A DNA stretch of 64,000 nt, taken from NCBI GenBank assembly GCA_018812715.1, contig JAHJCT010000011.1:114614-178613 (forward strand), read 5' to 3'. The notes below the pieces were generated by a model, which saw nothing but the letters and a program-made list of their open reading frames with translations, was not told the DNA's origin and did no database searches. This DNA is from Candidatus Micrarchaeota archaeon (GTDB lineage Archaea > Micrarchaeota > Micrarchaeia > Anstonellales > Bilamarchaeaceae). The position numbers and the translations under genes were made by a program. Below, in pieces: positions 18,595 to 26,305 of this stretch. Numbering within the stretch: the stretch's first letter is position 1; every line of letters begins with the position of its first letter.

Positions 18595-18987
18595 ATGGTC
18601 GAGAAAGTTTTTGCTATAGCGAAAGAACTGAAAGAAGGAAAGTACGTACTTATAGATGATATCCCATGTAGGGTAGTAAATATAGAGAGCTCTAAGCCAG
18701 GTAAGCATGGTTCTGCAAAGATGCGTATAACTGCTATTGGTATATTCAATGGTCAGAAGAAAACTCTTCTTTGTCCTGGAGATGCTGATGTGGACATTCC
18801 GATAATAGAAAGAAAAACAGTTCAGATCATGTCTGTGTCAGGCAACAATGTCCAAGTTATGGATCAAAAAACCTATGAAATTTATGATATGGAAGTGCCC
18901 GAAGAATTACTTTCTGAAGTTGCTGCAGGTAAAGAAGCAGATATTCTAGAAGCTATGGGTATAAGAAAAATGGAGAGGGTCAAATGA
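18595..18987 (+). CDS. eif5a: translation initiation factor 5A (aIF5A)
   Basis: SSKPGKHGSAK hypusination loop, 130 aa, archaeal IF5A length and fold pattern. Confidence 0.9.
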   Translation: MVEKVFAIAKELKEGKYVLIDDIPCRVVNIESSKPGKHGSAKMRITAIGIFNGQKKTLLCPGDADVDIPIIERKTVQIMSVSGNNVQVMDQKTYEIYDMEVPEELLSEVAAGKEADILEAMGIRKMERVK

Positions 18988-19388
18988 ATGTCAATATAAT
19001 TTCTAAGATTGATAATAAAGTTCTTGAACGCAAGGAAATAGAAGCAGAAATTTCTTTTGATGGAGCTACCCCAAGCAGAAATGACTTGAAGGATGCAATC
19101 TCAAAAAAAGTTGCTGCAGATGTGGACCTCACAGTCTTGAGAGAAGTGCACAGTACATTTGGCAAAAAAACTGTGAAAGTTCTTGCACATGTCTACTCAA
19201 ATAAGGAAACAATGGTGGGTACAGAACCAGCACATTTACTGAAGCGCAGCAAAGTTGAAGAAGAAGCCAAGGTTGAAGAAAAGCCCAAAGAAAAACCTAA
19301 GGCTGAAGAAAAGCCCAAAGAAGAAGCCAAGGTTGAAGAAAAGCCCAAAGAAAAACCTAAGGCTGAAGAAAAACCATCTGAGAAGTGA
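18984..19388 (+). CDS. rps24e: 30S ribosomal protein S24e with Lys/Glu-rich repeated C-terminal tail
   Basis: N-terminal 100 aa ([62 protein letters not shown]) is eS24. Tail contains two copies of a 20-aa [20 protein letters not shown] unit. Confidence 0.85.
   Translation: MNVNIISKIDNKVLERKEIEAEISFDGATPSRNDLKDAISKKVAADVDLTVLREVHSTFGKKTVKVLAHVYSNKETMVGTEPAHLLKRSKVEEEAKVEEKPKEKPKAEEKPKEEAKVEEKPKEKPKAEEKPSEK
19261..19380 (+). repeat. 60-bp perfect tandem duplication inside S24e coding tail
   Basis: aagaagccaaggttgaagaaaagcccaaagaaaaacctaaggctgaagaaaagcccaaag at 19261-19320 repeated at 19321-19380, with minor divergence at the end. Confidence 0.85.
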
Positions 19389-19393
19389 TATTT

Positions 19394-19552
19394 ATGGCAG
19401 AAAAGAAAAAAGAAGCTCCGAAAAAAAAGAAAGGTGGACCTAAGGCCTACAAATCACGTAGATTTTGTCCAAAATGCGGTCCGGGAGTTGGCTTAGCTCA
19501 ACACAAGGACAGGAGTTCATGCGGCAAATGTGGGTATTTCGAGAAAAAATAA
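19394..19552 (+). CDS. rps27ae: 30S ribosomal protein S27ae (eS31) zinc-ribbon protein (below ORF-track size cutoff)
   Basis: Manual translation: [53 protein letters not shown]4 zinc ribbon CPKCG...CGKCG, and the conserved position after S24e. Confidence 0.8.
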   Translation: MAEKKKEAPKKKKGGPKAYKSRRFCPKCGPGVGLAQHKDRSSCGKCGYFEKK

Positions 19553-20181
19553 AATCTCTATTTGTTTTTCTAATACTTTTTTCCCTTGCATTCCTTGCTA
19601 TTCTTATGATATGCGGGGATTTGGATACTAACATCTGTAATCTTCTTAATGAAAATAGCATTTATTTTGGGGCAGCAGCACTTCATTCAGCTCTTTTTTT
19701 CTTAGCACTGCTTTTCTTATGGGAAAAAGATTTACAAACAACTCTCAAGAAACTTGCATTTCCAGGTGATATCCAGAGAAATTTAATTCTATCAGGGGCT
19801 GGTTTTATACTTGTGATATTTGTCCTACTCTTTCTAGGTGTAGTAGCAACTCTTACTGGCTTTAATGATCAAGAAGCAGTTTATGAAAAAGTTGCAGATC
19901 TTCCTGTTTACATATTATTATTTGCTATTTTTCTTGCCCCCATTACCGAAGAACTTTTTTTTAGGGCATTGCTTGTCCCACGCATTGGCATTATTTTTTC
20001 AGCAATACTTTTTGGTCTTATGCATGTATCATACGGATCAGTAATTGAGATAGTTGGTGCTGGACTTATCGGAGTAGTACTTGCAATTATGTTTCGCATT
20101 TCCAAAAGCATAACCCCATGTATCATAATCCACGTTACCTATAATCTCTTTTCTATAATCGTCATGAGGTTTCTAATATGA
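19519..20181 (+). CDS. CPBP-family intramembrane metalloprotease (CAAX protease/Abi-like)
   Basis: Multiple TM helices with EELFFRALL and FGLMH motifs of the CPBP family. Upstream part of the track ORF overlaps S27ae in another frame, so internal Met used as start. Confidence 0.7.
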   Translation: MRQMWVFREKIKSLFVFLILFSLAFLAILMICGDLDTNICNLLNENSIYFGAAALHSALFFLALLFLWEKDLQTTLKKLAFPGDIQRNLILSGAGFILVIFVLLFLGVVATLTGFNDQEAVYEKVADLPVYILLFAIFLAPITEELFFRALLVPRIGIIFSAILFGLMHVSYGSVIEIVGAGLIGVVLAIMFRISKSITPCIIIHVTYNLFSIIVMRFLI

Positions 20182-21149
20182 TAACTCTTGGAATAGAAAG
20201 TACTGCCCATACTCTTTCAATTGGCATTGAAGAAAATGGCAAAATTCTTTCCAATGTTATCGACATGTATAATGGTGGCAATGAAGGTTTAATCCCAAGA
20301 AAACTTGCTGATCATCATGCTGCTGTTTTTGCATCAGTACTTTCAAAAAGTCTGGAAATCGCAGGAACTACAATAAAAGATGTGGATTTGATTGCATTCT
20401 CTCAAGGACCTGGTATAGGTTCTCCACTTTCAGTTGGAGTGAGTGGAGCAAAATTCCTAGCATTAATTCATGATAAAAAAATAATTGGAGTAAATCATCC
20501 ATATGCCCACGTAAAGATAAGTGAACATTGTTGCAATATGGAACAACCTCTAGTTCTCTATCTTTCAGGTGGCAATTCACAACTTTTGATTGAGGAAAAT
20601 GGTTATTATGATGTTCTTGGAGAGACCCTTGATATAGGCATAGGAAATCTTTTCGATAATTTTGCCAGATCTTTAAAATTAGAACATGCACATGGTGCTG
20701 CTTTAGCTAAACTTGCAGAAGGGGGTGAGTATGTTGAACTTCCATATACTGTAAAAGGAATGAATCTTGTTTTTTCTGGTTTGCTTACTTCAGCAGAAAA
20801 ACATATTAGTAAACATTCAAAGAAAGATTTGGCATTTTCATTAATGGAAACTTCATTTGCAATGACCTGCGAAGTAACAGAACGTGCGCTTTTTCTTACA
20901 AAAAAGAAAAACCTGCTTGTTTGCGGTGGGGTTGCACAAAATCGAAGACTTCAAGAAATGCTGAAGATAATGTGCAAAGAAGACGATGTAATATTTGGTG
21001 TTGCTCCGGATGAATATAACAGGGATAATGGAGCAATGATAGCTTATGCTGGCTCTTTACTTTATAAGAAATATGGTGCAATGCCAATAGAAAATTGTAT
21101 TCCAATTACTAATTATAGAATAGACAGAATGAAAGAGATTCTAGACTAA
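20178..21149 (+). CDS. kae1: tRNA threonylcarbamoyladenosine biosynthesis protein Kae1/TsaD
   Basis: [17 protein letters not shown]... N-terminus and VNHPYAH metal-binding motif of the Kae1/TsaD (ASKHA) family. 323 aa, not fused to Bud32. Confidence 0.8.
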   Translation: MITLGIESTAHTLSIGIEENGKILSNVIDMYNGGNEGLIPRKLADHHAAVFASVLSKSLEIAGTTIKDVDLIAFSQGPGIGSPLSVGVSGAKFLALIHDKKIIGVNHPYAHVKISEHCCNMEQPLVLYLSGGNSQLLIEENGYYDVLGETLDIGIGNLFDNFARSLKLEHAHGAALAKLAEGGEYVELPYTVKGMNLVFSGLLTSAEKHISKHSKKDLAFSLMETSFAMTCEVTERALFLTKKKNLLVCGGVAQNRRLQEMLKIMCKEDDVIFGVAPDEYNRDNGAMIAYAGSLLYKKYGAMPIENCIPITNYRIDRMKEILD

Positions 21150-21523
21150 ATCTCTTCAAGTTTTTTTCCTAAAGCCTGAGCATTCACCCAGTTTATTGCA
21201 TAACTTTTTGCATTTTCTTTGAATACTGCAAGGGGGATGAGGTACCATGGTTCCCTGTTTCTTCTCCAGCCAATGACACAGTTTATTCCACTTGTTTCTT
21301 CCCATTTTTTCAGATTCAAAAATTGCTCTCTATCAATATTCAAATTATCCTTTTCCCATGCCTTTGCTTCTATCCCTATCTGTATCCCTCTTCTAAAAAC
21401 AAGAATATCCGGACTAAGAGAATTCACTCCACTACCAGCAGCTCTTATTACACAAAAATCTCTGGATGAAAAGTAGTCTATTAATTCCCTTTCTGCTCTG
21501 GAGCCTTTGCGGTAGCATTTCAT
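21146..21523 (-). CDS. hjc: Holliday junction resolvase Hjc
   Basis: KGSRAERELIDYF...FCVIRAAGSG...PDILVF...IEAK matches the archaeal Hjc nuclease core (E...D...EAK-type active site). Confidence 0.75.
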   Translation of the reverse strand: MKCYRKGSRAERELIDYFSSRDFCVIRAAGSGVNSLSPDILVFRRGIQIGIEAKAWEKDNLNIDREQFLNLKKWEETSGINCVIGWRRNREPWYLIPLAVFKENAKSYAINWVNAQALGKKLEEI

Positions 21524-21551
21524 GATTATTATTCACTGTTTTGATTTTAAA

Positions 21552-23045
21552 CTATGATGGGAGTACATCGCTTCCAATGTGCCCTCCATCTGGCAATTCT
21601 CCGATATCTTCTGGATTTGGATCATCAGCTGCAGGCTCTGCTTCAGTTGCTTCACTTATGATATCATAATATTCCTGTGGAAGACCTTCTTCTTCAGGCC
21701 CTGTAAATTCTTCAGCAGGATTTAGGAAATTATAAACATCAAAGAAGAAATGATAAACTCCAAATTTGAATCCATTGACCAACCCTTCACCCTCTATCCT
21801 TATCATTCCTTCAGATAATGCCTGTTGTACGCTTAGATCTTCGCTTGCAAGTAAACCAACAGTTTCTCTATCAGTATAAATTGTTACTGTCGGTTCCTGC
21901 GTGAGTGTTTCACCATAATCCGTTACATCCGAAGCTTCAGTAGCAATATGGCCAACATCCCCTTCATCTGTTTGAATATTTATCTTTTCATCAGAGAAAA
22001 GTCCGCCAATAACTGGTGCAGCTGCAAGATTATCATAGAACCCTACTCCATGGTCAATAAATGAATAAACAGTGTGATCACAATCTCCATTTCCCCTAAT
22101 ATTATTCGGATCACTACAAGTTTTTTCTATCACCACATTATTCTTTACACAATCCCAACAACCAGTTTTGTAATTTTTGTAGCATTGAGCATCTGTTCCA
22201 CATGCTGCCTGACATGCAGTTTGACCAAGATATTCACCGTTTGCTGCTATGCATATAGGCCCATAACAACTGCAACAAACAGGGCAACACGCCTGTCCGA
22301 CTCCACAGCCATCCGGACTTGCAAATGGATCGCATTGCTCTCCCTTTCCATTTTCTACCTCTCCATTTCCACAGCAGCAATTATCCGGGCAGGCATTAGC
22401 ACCACAAATATCATTTGCAATTTCATCAATATTTGCTTGTGTAGGGTCAGAATTCGCTCCTGACGTCCTTGACATGATGCCACCGTCCCCATCTTCCAAA
22501 CCCATCATGTGGCCTGCTTCATGTGCAAAGTCCTTGTAATGCTCTCCATTTGGATCATTTGCATTTACTGGCCTGCTCATAAGATCAGACCACCAGCCTT
22601 TCTGGCTGTTTCCACCATCTCCAGTTGCAATGCCATACATATATCCTAAGTAGATCGTTGCCCCAGTTATATTTGTTTGATTTCTAGGCGGATTATCATA
22701 CTGACCATTTGGTTTGAAATAAGGAGTAACCATTATACAATGATACCCTGGAGGCCCTGGATTACAATTCACCTGGCTTGCATTAGTTATCTTCATAGTT
22801 TCTACTTCAAATGTCATTTTACATTTACAATCTCCAGTAGTTCTGAATCCATCTGGCCCATTCCAAGTGTTTTCTATTTCCTGTTCGACTCTATTGATAT
22901 AGTCATCTGTAGCGCCAGAGAATGCAAGTTTTAGTGTTATTTTTATGTTACAGTTATTAGTTTCACAGGTTGTTTCAGCAGAAGAAAGTGGAATTAAAAG
23001 AATAAGTATTATTCCAAAAACCAGAAATTTATCAAACCAGCCCAT
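21552..23045 (-). CDS. secreted cysteine-rich zinc metallopeptidase-like protein
   Basis: Signal peptide (FLVFGIILILLIPLSSA). HEAGHMMGLEDGDGG is a HExxHxxGxxD zincin motif, followed by more than 40 Cys in CxxC/CC clusters. Confidence 0.5.
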   Translation of the reverse strand: MGWFDKFLVFGIILILLIPLSSAETTCETNNCNIKITLKLAFSGATDDYINRVEQEIENTWNGPDGFRTTGDCKCKMTFEVETMKITNASQVNCNPGPPGYHCIMVTPYFKPNGQYDNPPRNQTNITGATIYLGYMYGIATGDGGNSQKGWWSDLMSRPVNANDPNGEHYKDFAHEAGHMMGLEDGDGGIMSRTSGANSDPTQANIDEIANDICGANACPDNCCCGNGEVENGKGEQCDPFASPDGCGVGQACCPVCCSCYGPICIAANGEYLGQTACQAACGTDAQCYKNYKTGCWDCVKNNVVIEKTCSDPNNIRGNGDCDHTVYSFIDHGVGFYDNLAAAPVIGGLFSDEKINIQTDEGDVGHIATEASDVTDYGETLTQEPTVTIYTDRETVGLLASEDLSVQQALSEGMIRIEGEGLVNGFKFGVYHFFFDVYNFLNPAEEFTGPEEEGLPQEYYDIISEATEAEPAADDPNPEDIGELPDGGHIGSDVLPS

Positions 23046-23080
23046 AATGCGCTTTCGCAGCGAATCTTATATTACTTTTG

Positions 23081-23563
23081 TTAATTCAAAGCACTTCTTA
23101 CGGCGTTCTCCAATTGGCTTGCATCATATGGTTTATCAAGGAGAACAGTTGCTCCTGCTTGTAATAATGCTAGTTTCGCCTCATTTGCATCCATCTTTCT
23201 TTTGTTATCTGCAAAATTGCCACTGCCAACTACAATTTTCACATCTGGATTGATTGCTTTTAATCCCTTTATTAGTTCAAGACCATCCATTTCAGGCATA
23301 TGGAAGTCACTCACCACTAAATCAAAATGCTCAGTTTTGAATCGCTCTAAAGCTTCTTTGCCATCACTTGCTTCTGTACATTCATGTCCTTTTCGTCTCA
23401 TAACTCTCATAACTACCTTTCTAAGCAGCGGTTCATCATCAACAACCAAAATACGAAGCTGTTTTTTTGTTGGCCCTTCATCTTTTGGTGCTGTCCTTCT
23501 GAACGTTGCTCCAGAACTACCTTCTACCATACACATTAGGATCCTAGTTTTATCTCTGAACAT
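23081..23563 (-). CDS. single-domain response regulator (CheY-like receiver)
   Basis: LRILVVDDEPLLRK...FDLVVSDFHMPEMDGLELIKGLK...KIVVGSG carries the receiver-domain Asp pocket and phospho-acceptor D. No kinase in window. Confidence 0.75.
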   Translation of the reverse strand: MFRDKTRILMCMVEGSSGATFRRTAPKDEGPTKKQLRILVVDDEPLLRKVVMRVMRRKGHECTEASDGKEALERFKTEHFDLVVSDFHMPEMDGLELIKGLKAINPDVKIVVGSGNFADNKRKMDANEAKLALLQAGATVLLDKPYDASQLENAVRSALN

Positions 23564-23613
23564 AAAGTTTCACACTTTAAATATGTGTCACAACCTTTAT
23601 AACTCTACCACTA

Positions 23614-24357
23614 CTATATCTCGGGTGCTTCCCTCATAATTCTCAATAAACTTTTTGCAGCTTCTGAGATATTTAGTTCTCCACCTTTGATATACCAATT
23701 TCTTCTTTTTGCTATGGCAGCAAGCACGTCATCTGATGTTTTAGCATCCTTGAGACTAAAGTCATATTTTCCTTCCAGCCATGTTCTAAGTTTCTGGTTC
23801 TTCAAAATATCGTCTGCTAGTTTATACGCATATCTCTCTTCATCTCCATGAACATCAAGTGCCCCCTTCCGCACTAATTCGCTTCTAGTTTCTTTGTCCG
23901 GGAACATGCCCCTGTAATCAGTTACCTGAAGCTCTTCATTTATCCTTACCCATTGCACATTTTTGGTAGTCCCTGCCAATGCTGAAACCTTTGCTGCTTT
24001 TCTATGAGCAAGCATGTTAATGAGCGAACTTTTCCCAACGTTTGGATATCCTATAAAAAGAGCCCTCATCGGCCTAGTGCTATTCTTAGCTAATATGGCA
24101 TTTATCAATTCCTTTCTCTCATCTTTATCTGCTGTTTTTGCACTTACTAACATTCCCTTTCTTGGTACTTTAACCTTTTCAGAGAGCAAATCTTTTTTAT
24201 TGGCCAAAATAAGCAGTCTGTTTGTTCCTGCCATTCTTTCTGCTATTGGAAGGCGCGTCCCCTCTATATCTCTGGCATCAACTACCTCTATAATAACCTG
24301 TGCCTCTTTCATAAGTTTTTTTAGCAATTTCCATTTATCCATGTTTACACTTCTCAC
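23614..24357 (-). CDS. circularly permuted GTPase (RbgA/YlqF-like ribosome biogenesis GTPase)
   Basis: G4 NKKD precedes G1 GYPNVGKSS and G3, the permuted order characteristic of the YlqF/RbgA/MJ1464 family. Confidence 0.7.
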   Translation of the reverse strand: MRSVNMDKWKLLKKLMKEAQVIIEVVDARDIEGTRLPIAERMAGTNRLLILANKKDLLSEKVKVPRKGMLVSAKTADKDERKELINAILAKNSTRPMRALFIGYPNVGKSSLINMLAHRKAAKVSALAGTTKNVQWVRINEELQVTDYRGMFPDKETRSELVRKGALDVHGDEERYAYKLADDILKNQKLRTWLEGKYDFSLKDAKTSDDVLAAIAKRRNWYIKGGELNISEAAKSLLRIMREAPEI

Positions 24358-24391
24358 TTAGCTTAATAATCATTTTCAGCTAATCAACACC

Positions 24392-25144
24392 ATGCTTGAG
24401 CATACTTTTATTCATCTTCCTAATTTCGGTCCAAAACGGGAACAAAAGCTTTGGTCCTGTGGTATACGTACCTGGGACGATTTCTTGTCTCATTTTGGTA
24501 ACTCTCCATATCATCGTGACTGGTGCCGCCGTATTGCAAGTTCAAAATATGCACTAAAATCGCGAGATGCAGTATACTTTGCTAATCATCTGCCGAATGA
24601 TGAGATGTGGCGCTCTTTTCCTCATTTCAATAAAATTGCATATCTTGATATTGAAACAACTGGACTATCTGCTGAACAAAATGATATTACAGTTATTGGG
24701 CTTTTTGATGGTTCTAAAACCCATAGCTATATCCATGGACAGAATCTTAATGCCTTTTACAAAGAGATAGCAAAATATGAGGCGGTTGTCACCTTCAATG
24801 GCAGTCTGTTTGACATCCCATTTATCAAAAAAAGCATGAAGGGCATTAAAGTTCCAGCTTTACATATAGATCTACGATTTCTTCTTTCTTCTTTAGGTGT
24901 AACTGGTGGCCTTAAGAAAATCGAAAAACAATTTAATTTAGAAAGAGAAGATGATCTGAATGGTTTGACCGGTTATGATGCAGTACTTTTATGGAAAGCA
25001 TATACCAAGAAAAAAGATAAAGATGCATTAGATAAATTAGTGAGATATAATGCCGCGGATGTTTCAAATCTAAAAATACTTATAGAATGGGCATATAAGG
25101 AAAAAAGGTTGAGAACTGGCATTGCTGAATTTATAAAAAATTAG
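24392..25144 (+). CDS. RNase H-like 3'-5' exonuclease (YprB/COG3359-like)
   Basis: LDIETTGL catalytic motif I, then FNG..FDIPF motif, about 250 aa as in COG3359 predicted exonucleases. Confidence 0.55.
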   Translation: MLEHTFIHLPNFGPKREQKLWSCGIRTWDDFLSHFGNSPYHRDWCRRIASSKYALKSRDAVYFANHLPNDEMWRSFPHFNKIAYLDIETTGLSAEQNDITVIGLFDGSKTHSYIHGQNLNAFYKEIAKYEAVVTFNGSLFDIPFIKKSMKGIKVPALHIDLRFLLSSLGVTGGLKKIEKQFNLEREDDLNGLTGYDAVLLWKAYTKKKDKDALDKLVRYNAADVSNLKILIEWAYKEKRLRTGIAEFIKN

Positions 25145-25172
25145 CTGCTACCAGCTAATATTTAAGAATTAT

Positions 25173-26264
25173 ATGTGTCAGATTAGAAGTATGAGAGGCT
25201 TACTATTCTTGATTATCACTAGTTTATTAGTTGCCGGTTGCTTTGAACAACCAGATGAAATAAATCAAACAATTACTAATATTTCCAATAACACTACTGA
25301 TAATCAATCTATTGTTTGTCTTGGTCCAGTATGCGGAGCAGATGAACGAACATATGCAACTGATTGTGAAGCAATTGATGCTGGCATTGCAATACTTCAT
25401 ACTGGAGAATGTGAAATTGAAGAAAACTGTACTGATACCGATGGCGGTATTGTATTAGGAACAAGAGGAACTGCATCAAAAGGAACTGAAATTCATGAAG
25501 ATTACTGTGTTGATCTCCAACAACTTATTGAATATACCTGCCTTGACAATAGTATAGAAATGGCTACAGTTAATTGCGGGCAAGGGAAAGAGTGTATTGA
25601 TGGAGAATGTATTGAAATAGAACTTGAACCTGAGGTTATTGGTTGTGAAGGAACTTCAGATGTGGATATATATAACAAAGATTCAATCACTCTAAATGGC
25701 AATATCACATATACTGATGTATGCATTGAATACGGCACTGTAAAAGATTATTATTGTGAAAATGATGAGATGAAAAGTACCAATACTCAGTGCCCTTCTG
25801 GTTATGCATGCAACAATGGCAAGTGTGAGCCACTTACAAATGAATGTACAGATAGTGATGGTGGAGCAAATATTTTTGAACGTGGTAGAACTAAAGTGAC
25901 AAGAGGGTTAATGTCGACCATATTTGATCAATGGGATGAATGTGTTGATTTTGGTATGATAAAAGAACATTCATGCCTTGAAAACGAAACTGCAAAAACC
26001 GAAGATATAGAATGCGGAAGTGGCTACAAATGTTCTACCGGTCGTTGCGTGCAAAGTGCATGTAGTGATACGGATGGAGGACTTGAAATCTATGTTGCTG
26101 GCACAGTAACAAAAAATGGTAATGAATACGAAGATTATTGCTTTGATGATTATGAACTTAGGGAATACTATTGTTATGGGGATGATGTTGAACTCAAGAA
26201 ACACATCTGCCCTGAAGACTATATTTGCTTGAACAAAAAATGTGTTGTCGGTAGTATTTCCTAA
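25173..26264 (+). CDS. Cys-rich repeat lipoprotein with Kazal-like module
   Basis: Lipobox LLVAGC. VCLGPVCGADERTYATDCEAIDAGIAILHTGEC resembles a Kazal-type domain. Then four to five repeats of about 70 aa, C-TD-DGG...EDYC.D...L.EY-C....C..G..C..G-C. Confidence 0.5.
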   Translation: MCQIRSMRGLLFLIITSLLVAGCFEQPDEINQTITNISNNTTDNQSIVCLGPVCGADERTYATDCEAIDAGIAILHTGECEIEENCTDTDGGIVLGTRGTASKGTEIHEDYCVDLQQLIEYTCLDNSIEMATVNCGQGKECIDGECIEIELEPEVIGCEGTSDVDIYNKDSITLNGNITYTDVCIEYGTVKDYYCENDEMKSTNTQCPSGYACNNGKCEPLTNECTDSDGGANIFERGRTKVTRGLMSTIFDQWDECVDFGMIKEHSCLENETAKTEDIECGSGYKCSTGRCVQSACSDTDGGLEIYVAGTVTKNGNEYEDYCFDDYELREYYCYGDDVELKKHICPEDYICLNKKCVVGSIS

Positions 26265-26305
26265 ACTTTTATAAAGATTGCATCAGCATTCCTTTCGGTG
26301 CTGAT

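Noticed and set aside
19261-19380. CRISPR-like array
   Set aside because: Only two repeat copies, no spacers, and entirely inside the S24e coding tail. No CRISPR-like repeat-spacer structure was seen anywhere in the window.
19255-19443. Track ORF encoding a Lys/Pro-rich 62-aa peptide ([13 protein letters not shown]...)
   Set aside because: It is the +1 frame of the S24e K/E-rich tandem repeat and overlaps the real S27ae gene. Periodic low-complexity artefact.
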